Source: Verrucomicrobiota bacterium
GTDB lineage: Bacteria; Verrucomicrobiota; Verrucomicrobiia; Opitutales; Seribacteraceae
Direction: 5' to 3'
Assembly (NCBI GenBank): GCA_027622665.1
Contig: JAQBYT010000024.1
Span: forward strand, 1-55,961
Length of the DNA: 55,961 nt
In this document: in pieces, positions 40,120-49,209 of the stretch
Layout: each line of letters opens with the position of its first letter
Position numbering within the stretch: position 1 is the first letter of the stretch
Program-made: the position numbers and the translations under genes
The notes under the pieces: generated by a model
The model's database searches: none
Told to the model about the DNA's origin: nothing
Seen by the model: only the letters and a program-made list of their open reading frames with translations

Positions 40120-41151
40120 ATGGACAGCATACTAAATTCGTTCCTCAACGGGCTTGAAGCCAATTCGCCAAATCTTTACTTAGTCGCTCTGGCGGGATGT
40201 ATTCTCGTTGGCATTTTTCTCCTCACGAAAGGTGGGGATATCTTGACCGACGGAGCCAGTGATCTTGCTCGCACCCTGGGAGTTCATCCCGCGATTATAG
40301 GGCTAACTGTTGTTTCCATTGCTACCTCCGCACCGGAACTGTTCACCTCACTGGCTGCGATAGCTGGTGACGCTAAAGATCTAATCATAGGAAACGTCGT
40401 AGGAAGCAATCTTGCCAACATTGGACTAGTTCTAGGAATCGCCACTTTCATAAACCCAATTGCGATGAAGGGCTCCCTGGCAAACTGGCAAACGAATCTG
40501 CTCCTACTGACCACTCTACTTTTTTCCATCTCCTGTCTGTGGATAGGTAAGGAATCCTTCGATCGGCCGCTTGGAATCGTTTTTAGTATTATTCTTGTCG
40601 CTTACCTGATCGTCGTGACTAGAGGAGCAATCATCGACCGCAAGGCAGCAAAGAATAGCTCGGATACGGTTCCCGAGTTAAAAGGAGACGAGGACCTTGC
40701 TCCGCCTTGGAAATCCCTTCTTATCGTTTTGGTAGCTTCAGGGGCTTTATGGCTAGGTTCCGAGGTACTGGTCACCGGAGCCAAAGGCCTTGCCCAGTTC
40801 GCCTCCATACCTCAGGAGATTATTGGTCTCACGATCGTAGCCATAGGAACAAGTCTCCCGGAATTGGCGGCCTCGTGCGTTCTCGCCAAGCGAGGAGAGA
40901 GCGGCATGCTGCTAGGTAACATCGTGGGGTCGAACCTTTTCAACCTGACTTTTGTGGCGGGAATAACAGGAATAGTCTCACCGATCCCCGTGAACCCATC
41001 TCTAGTTCAGGTAGAATTCCCGGTCATGCTCCTGTTGACCGGCATACTATGCTGGTTGATGCGGAAAAAGGAGATTCGCATTCTCCACGGCACCTTTCTA
41101 CTCATTATCTATTTTGCCACATTAGGTGCGGCATGGTTCCTACACGGATAG
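40120..41151 (+). CDS. Calcium/sodium antiporter (YrbG/CaCA family)
   Basis: ATSAPEL...GNVVGSN and GTSLPEL...GNIVGSN alpha repeats. Confidence 0.92.
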   Translation: MDSILNSFLNGLEANSPNLYLVALAGCILVGIFLLTKGGDILTDGASDLARTLGVHPAIIGLTVVSIATSAPELFTSLAAIAGDAKDLIIGNVVGSNLANIGLVLGIATFINPIAMKGSLANWQTNLLLLTTLLFSISCLWIGKESFDRPLGIVFSIILVAYLIVVTRGAIIDRKAAKNSSDTVPELKGDEDLAPPWKSLLIVLVASGALWLGSEVLVTGAKGLAQFASIPQEIIGLTIVAIGTSLPELAASCVLAKRGESGMLLGNIVGSNLFNLTFVAGITGIVSPIPVNPSLVQVEFPVMLLLTGILCWLMRKKEIRILHGTFLLIIYFATLGAAWFLHG

Positions 41152-41195
41152 AAGAAACTTAAGTTCCGGATAAGAAAACCGAAAAAAGACCGGAA

Positions 41196-41213
41196 GGATT
41201 GAAACTTCAATCC
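41196..41213. terminator. Hairpin between the convergent antiporter and tsf genes, possible terminator
   Basis: GGATTGAA-AC-TTCAATCC. Confidence 0.4.
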
Positions 41214-41244
41214 GAGAAATCAAGCCTTGGGGAAAACTAGATCT

Positions 41245-42078
41245 TCAATTGTCTTCGCCAATTTGAAGGCGCACAAATTTCACAATCGAAAGAGATTCGC
41301 CTACCAGCTTAGCTTTTTCCGCCAAAAGATCCTTGATACTAATGTCAGGATTCTTAACGAACGACTGTTCCTCCAAACAGGAGGTGGCAAAATACTTGTC
41401 GAGTTTCCCCGTGATTATCTTTTCGATGGCTTGCGGAGGTTTACCCTCGGCTTGCGCCGTGGCAACTTCACGCTCCTTGGCCACAAGCTCTTCGGGCACA
41501 TTTGCTCGACTCACGCAGACGGGAGCTGTTGCTGCGATGTGCATGCAAATATCCTTGCCCAAAGAAATCGTTTCTTGGTGGTCGGCGCCGGCCTCGGTCT
41601 CGGTGGAGAGTTCAAGAAGCACTCCAACCTTGGCTCCAGTATGAATGTAGGATTCAACACGGCCTGAAGCTGCAGGCGATAATCGTGCCGAACGAGAGAT
41701 ACGAATGTTTTCGCCAATTCTAGCTACTTGCTCGGTGCGTTTCTCTTCCAAATCAGCATCGGGGTTGTCGAGCAAGTCTCCGGCCAGTTCGAGGGCAAAA
41801 GCCTGGAATTCGTCGTTCTTGGCCACGAAATCAGTTTCGCAGTTGACCTCAACAATTACACCGGAGCGCCCGTTTTCAGACAATTTGCAGGTAATAACAC
41901 CCTCTGCAGCAGCTCGACCTGCTTTCTTGGCAGCAGTGGCCACTCCCTTTTTCCGCAGAATGGATACGGCTTCATCCATATCGCCTCCACTCTCGGTAAG
42001 GGCGCGTTTACAGTCAACTAAGCCGGCACTCGTCTTTTCACGAAGCTCGACAATCTTATCCTTGGTGATTTCAGACAT
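41245..42078 (-). CDS. tsf: Elongation factor Ts
   Basis: LREKTSAGLVDCKRAL, EVNCETDFVAKN; start at MSEITK. Confidence 0.97.
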   Translation of the reverse strand: MSEITKDKIVELREKTSAGLVDCKRALTESGGDMDEAVSILRKKGVATAAKKAGRAAAEGVITCKLSENGRSGVIVEVNCETDFVAKNDEFQAFALELAGDLLDNPDADLEEKRTEQVARIGENIRISRSARLSPAASGRVESYIHTGAKVGVLLELSTETEAGADHQETISLGKDICMHIAATAPVCVSRANVPEELVAKEREVATAQAEGKPPQAIEKIITGKLDKYFATSCLEEQSFVKNPDISIKDLLAEKAKLVGESLSIVKFVRLQIGEDN

Positions 42079-42156
42079 TATATTTTCTTGTGCCCTGCGA
42101 AGGACTCGTTTGATTCTTGAAGTTGTATGAGGACGGGTAAACGCCTTAATGGGCAA

Positions 42157-43143
42157 TCAAGCTTTGGCCGTATCTTCCGCGGTTGCTTTCGCAGGTGCCT
42201 CTGCTTCTACCGCGGGCGCCTCTTCTACCACCGCAGGTGTCTCTTCTACCACCGCGGGCACCTCTTCTGCTGCAGCTACTACCTTCGCCTTTTCTTCGGC
42301 AGGTTTTGCCTCAGCTTCGTCTCGAGAGTCTCGGACGCGATCATCAAAGTCCATGTCCTCATAACCCTCGGGTAGAGTAACCTCAGGTTCACCACCTTGA
42401 TCACCGAATTCCGGTTCTTGGGTCACGGGGGTTATGTCTCTGCGATGGATGGGCATCTCGCTTCGTCGAGCAAATCCACTTTGAATCGCCTCGGAGATCA
42501 CATCTATAACGATTCGAATCGATTTCGTAGAATCATCGTTACCCGGTATGGGGTGATCGACGAGCGTGGGATCGGAATTACTGTCGACAAGGGCAATAAC
42601 GGGAATACCAAGACGATTTGCCTCGGTCACCGCGATCAATTCGTTATTCGTATCGATAATAAAAAGTGCTCCCGGAAGACTTTTGAGGTCCAACATCCCC
42701 TCGAAATTTCGATGCATGCGGGACATTTGCCTCTTGATTGCCGCTCCCTCTTTGCCGGGAAGAGCATCCAGACTTCCGTCCTCCTCCATACGAAGATATT
42801 TCTTGTACTTGGCCAAACTGGTGGACACCGTTTGAAAATTCGTCAACGTGCCGCCCATCCAGCGGTTGACGCAGAAAGATGTATTGGTGGCAGCGGCCAT
42901 TTCCCTCACGGGTTCCTGGGCCTGCCGCTTTGTTCCGACCAAAAGAATGGATTTACCGCTAGCCACCACGTCCTCGATCGCAGTACACGCCTTTTCCAAA
43001 AGGTCGTAGGTCTTTTCGAGATCAATGATGGATATGCCATGCCGATTTGCGTAAACGTAAGGCTTGGACTTGGGATTCCATCGGCGCAATTGGTGCCCGA
43101 AGTGGACTCCGGCGTCGAGTAGGTCTTTAACTGTTATATTCAT
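42157..43143 (-). CDS. rpsB: 30S ribosomal protein S2 with acidic C-terminal extension
   Basis: DAGVHFGH, WNPK, RWMGGTLTN, IPGNDD. Confidence 0.97.
   Translation of the reverse strand: MNITVKDLLDAGVHFGHQLRRWNPKSKPYVYANRHGISIIDLEKTYDLLEKACTAIEDVVASGKSILLVGTKRQAQEPVREMAAATNTSFCVNRWMGGTLTNFQTVSTSLAKYKKYLRMEEDGSLDALPGKEGAAIKRQMSRMHRNFEGMLDLKSLPGALFIIDTNNELIAVTEANRLGIPVIALVDSNSDPTLVDHPIPGNDDSTKSIRIVIDVISEAIQSGFARRSEMPIHRRDITPVTQEPEFGDQGGEPEVTLPEGYEDMDFDDRVRDSRDEAEAKPAEEKAKVVAAAEEVPAVVEETPAVVEEAPAVEAEAPAKATAEDTAKA
42200..42272 (-). repeat. ~3 imperfect 21-bp tandem repeats in the rpsB tail (EExPAVV)
   Basis: EEVPAVV-EETPAVV-EEAPAVE; ctcttctaccaccgc repeated on the + strand. Confidence 0.8.
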
Positions 43144-43354
43144 ATATTTGAAGGTTCAAAGCCCCAAGGAAAGCCTCGGGGAGAAATAGTTTTCTTTTTG
43201 AGTGTGAGAGTTAGGTTCGTTGGTTTTATCCGGTAAATGCTACGAGCAGGAATGCTAATAACGGTGGTAAACAGAAAAGATGAATTTGAAAAATCAGCAA
43301 GGCTAAACGCACCTATTGAAGGTAAGTGCAAAGACTTAAATGCGATTGGAAGAT

Positions 43355-43431
<77 letters not shown>

Positions 43432-43551
43432 TCACAAGAAGTTGGCAAATCATGTCCGGCATCGGGTTATGAGCAAGATCAAAATGACACGAGACCGTCC
43501 AGTAAGCGTTTTTTCAGTTGAGAGAACCATCGGAGCGAGTCATTAGATAAG

Positions 43552-44310
43552 ATGATGGCCGATCTCACCGACGTAATTGCATTCTGCGACAACCGAACCG
43601 AACGCCTCGAAGTGCCCGACTTCCCGGGCTCCGAAAACGGCCTCCAGGTCGCCAACGACGGCCACGTATCGAAGGTCGGCGCAGCCGTGGACGCAGGTCT
43701 GGAACCATTCCGCAAAGCCGTTGCCGCCGGCATAGATCTCCTCATCGTCCACCACGGACTGTACTGGACGCCTCCCCTACCCTTGGTCGGTCCGGCTTAC
43801 GACAAGGTGAAATGCTTGCTGGACAACAACCTCGCCCTCTACGGTAGTCACCTCCCGCTCGACCGACACCCCGAGATCGGCAACAACGCCATTCTCGCCC
43901 GCAAACTGGAACTATCTCCCTGCGGCACCTTCCTCCCCTACGAAGGCGTGGACATAGGCTTGTTGGCTAAAGCTTCCGGTTCTCGCGACGACTTACGCTC
44001 CGGACTCGAAAACCTGTTCCCAAACGGGATCAACGCCATGGAATACGGTTCGGACAAACCGGAAAAAATCGCCGTCCTCACAGGCTCGGGTCAAAGCGCA
44101 GTGGATAAAATACTCGATGCCGGAGCCGACACCCTCATCACGGGTGAACTCCGCCAACACCACTTCAACCTCGCCCAAGAGCTACGCCTCAATCTTTATG
44201 CCTGCGGTCACTACGCCACCGAGACCTTCGGCGTAGACGCCCTCGCCCGGGAAGTAGCCGAAAAGTTCGACCTCCCCTACGAGTTCGTCGAGACCCCCTG
44301 CCCTCTTTGA
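43552..44310 (+). CDS. Nif3/YbgI-like dinuclear metal centre protein
   Basis: ENGLQV, LIVHHG, HLPLDRHPEIGNN, GHYATETFG. Confidence 0.92.
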   Translation: MMADLTDVIAFCDNRTERLEVPDFPGSENGLQVANDGHVSKVGAAVDAGLEPFRKAVAAGIDLLIVHHGLYWTPPLPLVGPAYDKVKCLLDNNLALYGSHLPLDRHPEIGNNAILARKLELSPCGTFLPYEGVDIGLLAKASGSRDDLRSGLENLFPNGINAMEYGSDKPEKIAVLTGSGQSAVDKILDAGADTLITGELRQHHFNLAQELRLNLYACGHYATETFGVDALAREVAEKFDLPYEFVETPCPL

Positions 44311-44357
44311 CTCCGGGATTGCCGTTTGCACGGTCTTAGTCTTTAATTCAAAACAAG

Positions 44358-44792
44358 ATGAAGAAGATCGGACTCCTCAACGGCCCAAACCTCGATCGCC
44401 TCGGCAAACGTGAACCAGAGGTTTATGGTTCCGTAACGCTCGACCAGATCGAGGAAAAGGTAAAATCCAAGGCAGCCTCATGCGACTGCGAGGTAGACGC
44501 CTTCCAGTCCAACCACGAAGGCGCACTCATCGACAAGATTCACGAATGGGGCGATGCCGGGTTCGCCGGCCTCATCCTCAACCCCGGGGGGCTCACCCAC
44601 ACCAGCGTTGCACTGCGGGACGCCGTGGTCGCCTCGGGTCTAAAGACCGTAGAAGTTCACCTCTCCAACATCCACGCCCGCGAGGATTTCCGGCACAAGT
44701 CGCTCATTTCGGGCATCGCCGCAGCCGTCGTGGCAGGAATGAACCACCACGGATATGTGTCCGCTCTCCGCTACCTCTCCGAGGAAGCCTGA
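44358..44792 (+). CDS. aroQ: Type II 3-dehydroquinate dehydratase
   Basis: LNGPNLDRLGKREPEVYG, QSNHEG, NPGGLTHTS, EVHLSNIHARE. Confidence 0.96.
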   Translation: MKKIGLLNGPNLDRLGKREPEVYGSVTLDQIEEKVKSKAASCDCEVDAFQSNHEGALIDKIHEWGDAGFAGLILNPGGLTHTSVALRDAVVASGLKTVEVHLSNIHAREDFRHKSLISGIAAAVVAGMNHHGYVSALRYLSEEA

Positions 44793-44805
44793 CTACGCCG
44801 AGACT

Positions 44806-45951
44806 TCAATGGGAACGAGCCAGTTCGTGCAGGCATTCGATCCCGCAAACGTCTATTCGGTCGTCGATCCCGACTCGATTTCGTCCCGGACAAACCACAT
44901 AGAGGTGATCGAGACGAAGGTCTTCCATGGCCACACGCATGGATCGGGTAGTTGAGGGTTTCTCCGAAAACTTGTACTCGAACCCAAGTCGCTTCCCCTT
45001 GCGAAGTAGAAGCAAATCCAATTCGGCCCCACCGCTCGTTCGCCAAAAATAGGGATCGTCCGAAGGGAAAAGCCGTAGGGTTTGCTCCAGGGCAAAACCC
45101 TCCCAGGAGGCACCCACCAGCGGATGCCCATCCAGTGCCTCGCCAGAGCCAATCCCCAAGAGACTGTGAAGCAAACCGGTATCGCGCAGGTAGATGCGGG
45201 GTGACTTCACTTGCCGCTTGGCTAGATTTTCGTACCAAGGCTGAATTTGCCGCACCATGAACACTTGGCTCAATCTGTCCAAGTAGCTTCGCACGGTCTT
45301 GTCCGTCAGGCTCATGGAACGCCCGATTTGCGAGGCATTCCACAACTGCCCATGGCTGTGGGCGAGCATGGTCCAGAAGCGGCGAATCGTTGGGGCGGGT
45401 ACGTTTACTCCGAACTGCGGCAAGTCTCGCTGGAGAAAAGTTTGTATAAAACTCTCCAACCAAGCGGCGGCGTCTTCCTCCGTTTCCGCCAAATAAGCCC
45501 TCGGGAAACCACCCCTGCGCCAGAGACGCTTCCATTGCTCGGTTCCCGTTTCCCGCAGGTCAAAACCATGAAGGAAAGTGAATTCGACCCGACCGGCCAG
45601 AGTCTCCGAACTCCGCCGAATGAGTTCCGGCGAAGCGCTGCCCAACAACAGAAATTTCGCAGGAGAGTCGATGCGGTCGGCAAGAACCCGCAACACGGGA
45701 AAGATATCCGGCCTTTCCTGAATTTCATCCAGAACCACCAATCCCGTCAGTTCTTCCAACGCCATTTCGGGATTTGTAAGGCGGAGCAGGTCCCGAGGAG
45801 ACTCAAGATCGAAGTAATGGCTCTCCCGCGTCGCGGCAAGGGAACGGGCAATCGTCGTCTTTCCACACTGTCGCGGACCCAGCAAACAACAGACGGGAGC
45901 GCGATCCAACGCCTCGACAATTCGTTCTTTCGCCTCCACTCGAGCAATCAT
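44806..45951 (-). CDS. AAA_14 + DUF4143 ATP-binding protein
   Basis: GPRQCGKTT, LDEIQ, LLGSAS, ETLAGR, RGGFP, KSPRIYLRDTGL, GASWEG, ELDL, FEYK. Confidence 0.9.
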   Translation of the reverse strand: MIARVEAKERIVEALDRAPVCCLLGPRQCGKTTIARSLAATRESHYFDLESPRDLLRLTNPEMALEELTGLVVLDEIQERPDIFPVLRVLADRIDSPAKFLLLGSASPELIRRSSETLAGRVEFTFLHGFDLRETGTEQWKRLWRRGGFPRAYLAETEEDAAAWLESFIQTFLQRDLPQFGVNVPAPTIRRFWTMLAHSHGQLWNASQIGRSMSLTDKTVRSYLDRLSQVFMVRQIQPWYENLAKRQVKSPRIYLRDTGLLHSLLGIGSGEALDGHPLVGASWEGFALEQTLRLFPSDDPYFWRTSGGAELDLLLLRKGKRLGFEYKFSEKPSTTRSMRVAMEDLRLDHLYVVCPGRNRVGIDDRIDVCGIECLHELARSH

Positions 45952-46188
45952 TCAAGTATATTCGGATACTAATTCCGAATTTGCAAGTTCCAATGCGATT
46001 CTATAAGTGAGATGGGGATGAAGTAGCTAAGACCGTAAAAACCTCTACAAACACCTTAAATATTGGCATTCCAAGTCAAAGCACTAACCCTTAGCTACTT
46101 CAGCTCCAAAGAAATAATAAGTTGAGTGGAAGGGGATCGAAAACCCACGAAGCAGTCGGACCAAGAACCCGCAAGCAATTCAAGACAC

Positions 46189-46280
46189 TCATGGTCCCAG
46201 AATTACCCACTTCTTGGCGGCGTAGTCGTAGAAACGAATTGGGTTGGCTTATTTCTTCGGGAAAATAAAAGCCGCCCTGC
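46189..46280 (-). pseudogene. Degraded 3' remnant of a Trp-rich C-terminal domain gene
   Basis: Minus strand reads ...FPKK*ANPIRFYDYAAKKWVILGP*, resembling the end of the Trp-rich domain in 1810..2604. Confidence 0.5.
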
Positions 46281-46376
46281 CCACTAGTGGAACCTCACGA
46301 ACCATTCGTCAAAAAAACGCCGCTCCGTTCGGTTCCGATCGCTCCCCGCGCAGGCTCCGCTCTGCTCGGCGGCTCC

Positions 46377-46392
46377 CGGAGTCCTCACTCCG
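46377..46392 (-). other. GC-rich hairpin immediately after the FGE gene stop (possible DGR target hairpin)
   Basis: Minus strand TAG-CGGAGT-GAGG-ACTCCG. Confidence 0.5.
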
Positions 46393-49209
46393 CTACTTGC
46401 TGGCCGGTCGGAGACTGAGGCGGACGCCCAGGGCGTTGTTGCTGTCGGCGGGCACGTACCAGTTCCGATACGCGGAACGGGCGAAGTTCGCCGTGTAGTC
46501 CCAGGAACCACCGCGACTGACGCGGTCGGAGCCGTCCGCAGGACCGACAGGATCGCGAACTGCACCGGTTGGGTAATTCCCATACCAGTCCGCGCACCAC
46601 TCAAATGCGTTGCCGTGCATGTCGTGAAAGCCCCAAGGGTTGGCCGCGTATTGCCCGACGTCAGATGTTCGCTGTAAACCTGTACCCCAGCCATCGTAGG
46701 CGTAATTGGCATTCGAGGCCGTGATGCCATTCCCCCACGAATACGCCGTGGTCGTCCCCGCTCGGCAGGCATACTCCCATTGAGCTTCGGTAGGTAGTTG
46801 GTAAGCCATTCCGACAGGCAGGCGTCCCGCCGTGCGCTCCTGTTCGGTAAGCTTCTCGCAGAAAGATGTTACGTCGTTCCAAGACACCGTCTCTACGGGA
46901 CGATTGGCTCCCTTGAAATTGCTGGGATTGCTTCCCATCACCTGTTCCCACTGGGCTTGCGTCACCTCGTGCTTGCCCAACCAGAAGCCATTGGTGAGGG
47001 TCACTTGGTGCTGAGTCTCATCAGATCGTCGATTGGGTTCGCTCGTCGGGCTACCCATATCAAAGGCGCCCGGTTCCACCCATAACATCTCCAAAGACAG
47101 ATCGAGTACGGTGAAAGTATCTCCCGCTTTGTTTTCCTCTGAACCTTGCCCCGAGATGACGATCCACGACTGGCTGGCTTCATCAAAGGAATACCATTTT
47201 TTGTCGCCCTGCTTCCAAGCGCGAAACTTGCCGTCCGTCCCGGCTTTCATGTACCACCAAGAATTTTCGGCATAGGAGTAGACCCACGGGAACGCCCCGT
47301 GCCACATCCATTGGGAAGACGCAGCGACCTTGCCGAAATTGGCGACAAGATTCTTTTGTGAGTATGCGTAGGCATGAAGTGTGAGCGGATTGTTTCCTCC
47401 CGAGGCACCTCCGCTCCACCCGGTGAACACGTAACCGGCGGAAGGCGTAGCCGAAAGTCCAACGAATGAACCCTCGGAATAAACGCCCGCTCCAGTAACC
47501 GTACCGGAACCTACCACCGTAATGGTGACTTCAAATTTTCCCGGAACGAGTTTGGCTTCCAGAAGTTCACTCGTGACTCGCGCCTGCGTAAATTGGGGAA
47601 ACAAGCCACCCATCGTCGGGTCCGTCACTATGTCCGTGGTGAAATCGTTCCCCTTGCTGGCAGGCAGAAGCGAAGCGAGATCCACCTTGCCGGCAAAGAA
47701 ACGGCTCAGGTCTATGGTTTCGCTCTCGGCGATAATGTCATCGTCTTCGGTATTGAACACTAGATCGGGATCGTTCCAGTCGTCATCCTTGAGTTCGTAG
47801 GGGGCGTTGAGTGCCTTCTGGAACTCGTCCAAGGCATCGCGAAATTCCTGTTCGTCGTCCAAGTCATGAATGGGCAGGACAAAGAGCCTGTCCGGAGCAG
47901 GTGTTCCGTTTGGGATCGATTTGTCCAATCTGGAATCCGCAATTAGCAAAGGAGAGGCTAGCTTGTAGGTGGAAATGGCGCTCTCCAGAAACTGCTTGGC
48001 CTTGGCCAATTGACCGGCGTTGCGAATACCGCCGAAATTGGAGTTGTGCGTGCGCAGGGTTTCCGTGGTAACTTCTACGTTTGGATCGGGATTGTCTTCG
48101 AGGTCATCGATGAAGCCTGCATTCAAGTCCCAATCGTAGGCAGACTGCATGGAGGCAAAGGTAGCCATCAGTTTGACGATGGAGCGAAGGACGAGAACGT
48201 CGGCGTAGTCGACCGTAACCGGTTCCTCGGTACCGGTGAGATCCTGCGTCAGGATGATTACGCTGCCGGAAGGGATTTTGGCAAAATGGGAGTCTACTTG
48301 CTCGAGAGATGGAATAATGGAGTTTTGGAAAAGCTCGGCCAGCTTGCCCGAGTTGAAGTCGCGATTGAGGGTGTGGGAATAATTTTCAAGCATGGGCAAG
48401 TCAGAAAGGGTGAATTGCCGAATGGAAGAATCTACCCCGATGGAAACTACGAATTCCTTGAGACTGTTCGCCTCGGTGGATTCGACGATATGCAGGAGGG
48501 CATGTATGCCTTTCAAAAAGTTGGATTGAGGATCGTTGGCGTTTTGCACGCGAGCCATTTCCGAAGTAAGGTTCTGAAAGGATTTGGGCAACTGGGGTTC
48601 TAGTTCGATAACGCTTCCCCACCACCAACCTTGATTAGCCCTATTAGTTTGGATGAGGTTACTGAAATTGGAAAGGGTGGCCTTTATTCCCGCATCGCTT
48701 AAATCCAAGTAGTTTCCAACCAACAAAAGTTCCATCAAATTAGGATAATTCCCAAGAATAGAAAGGTTTGATAGTTGATTGTCATCGAGATCAAGAGAAC
48801 GAAGTTTAGACATTTCCGCCACCCCCGAAAGATCGGCATTTCTGGAACCATTAATTGCAAGGTATTCAAGCTTGTCCTTTAGGTTCCAAATGGGAGAAAA
48901 ATCGGAAATCTTGAAAGCGTCCCAGATACATAATGAGGTCAGATTTGGAAAATGCTGCAAATCGGCGAGCGAATTTATTTGAGGGCCATCGGAATCAAAA
49001 TCCAACGAAATCCTATATTCGAAATCCTCAGTCTTGAATTGATAATCCTTGCCCGTATAACCGGGGACATAATACCAACCCCTTTCAACTTTGCTTCTGA
49101 TTTGTGCCTCGAAGTTGGAATCCGTAAATTGAATGGTGGCTCCAAAACTTGAATTGATTAAGGAAGCAAACGCCGAAGCGAGAAGGAGTAGACGGAAAGG
49201 ATCTTTCAT
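46393..49209 (-). CDS. Secreted mosaic protein: internalin-like LRR, helical region, InlB B-like repeat, Trp-rich segment, C-terminal FGE-sulfatase (CLec) domain
   Basis: FTDSNFEAQIR, LRSLDLDDNQLSNLS; LPTEAQWEYACRAG, NPWGFHDMHGNAFEWCADWY, RGGSW, LGVRL. Confidence 0.88.
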   Translation of the reverse strand: MKDPFRLLLLASAFASLINSSFGATIQFTDSNFEAQIRSKVERGWYYVPGYTGKDYQFKTEDFEYRISLDFDSDGPQINSLADLQHFPNLTSLCIWDAFKISDFSPIWNLKDKLEYLAINGSRNADLSGVAEMSKLRSLDLDDNQLSNLSILGNYPNLMELLLVGNYLDLSDAGIKATLSNFSNLIQTNRANQGWWWGSVIELEPQLPKSFQNLTSEMARVQNANDPQSNFLKGIHALLHIVESTEANSLKEFVVSIGVDSSIRQFTLSDLPMLENYSHTLNRDFNSGKLAELFQNSIIPSLEQVDSHFAKIPSGSVIILTQDLTGTEEPVTVDYADVLVLRSIVKLMATFASMQSAYDWDLNAGFIDDLEDNPDPNVEVTTETLRTHNSNFGGIRNAGQLAKAKQFLESAISTYKLASPLLIADSRLDKSIPNGTPAPDRLFVLPIHDLDDEQEFRDALDEFQKALNAPYELKDDDWNDPDLVFNTEDDDIIAESETIDLSRFFAGKVDLASLLPASKGNDFTTDIVTDPTMGGLFPQFTQARVTSELLEAKLVPGKFEVTITVVGSGTVTGAGVYSEGSFVGLSATPSAGYVFTGWSGGASGGNNPLTLHAYAYSQKNLVANFGKVAASSQWMWHGAFPWVYSYAENSWWYMKAGTDGKFRAWKQGDKKWYSFDEASQSWIVISGQGSEENKAGDTFTVLDLSLEMLWVEPGAFDMGSPTSEPNRRSDETQHQVTLTNGFWLGKHEVTQAQWEQVMGSNPSNFKGANRPVETVSWNDVTSFCEKLTEQERTAGRLPVGMAYQLPTEAQWEYACRAGTTTAYSWGNGITASNANYAYDGWGTGLQRTSDVGQYAANPWGFHDMHGNAFEWCADWYGNYPTGAVRDPVGPADGSDRVSRGGSWDYTANFARSAYRNWYVPADSNNALGVRLSLRPASK

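Noticed and set aside
44771..45972. Overlapping 254-aa and 241-aa ORFs in the AAA gene
   Set aside because: Alternate-frame or antisense ORFs without motifs, expected in GC-rich DNA.
45952..46392. Possible DGR template repeat or RT near the FGE gene
   Set aside because: No AAC-rich copy of the VR and no RT-like ORF were recognised here or elsewhere in the window, so a complete DGR is not claimed.
46393..47130. FGE domain as a true formylglycine-generating enzyme
   Set aside because: It lacks the catalytic cysteine pair near RGGSW, is fused to adhesin modules and has no sulfatase neighbour.
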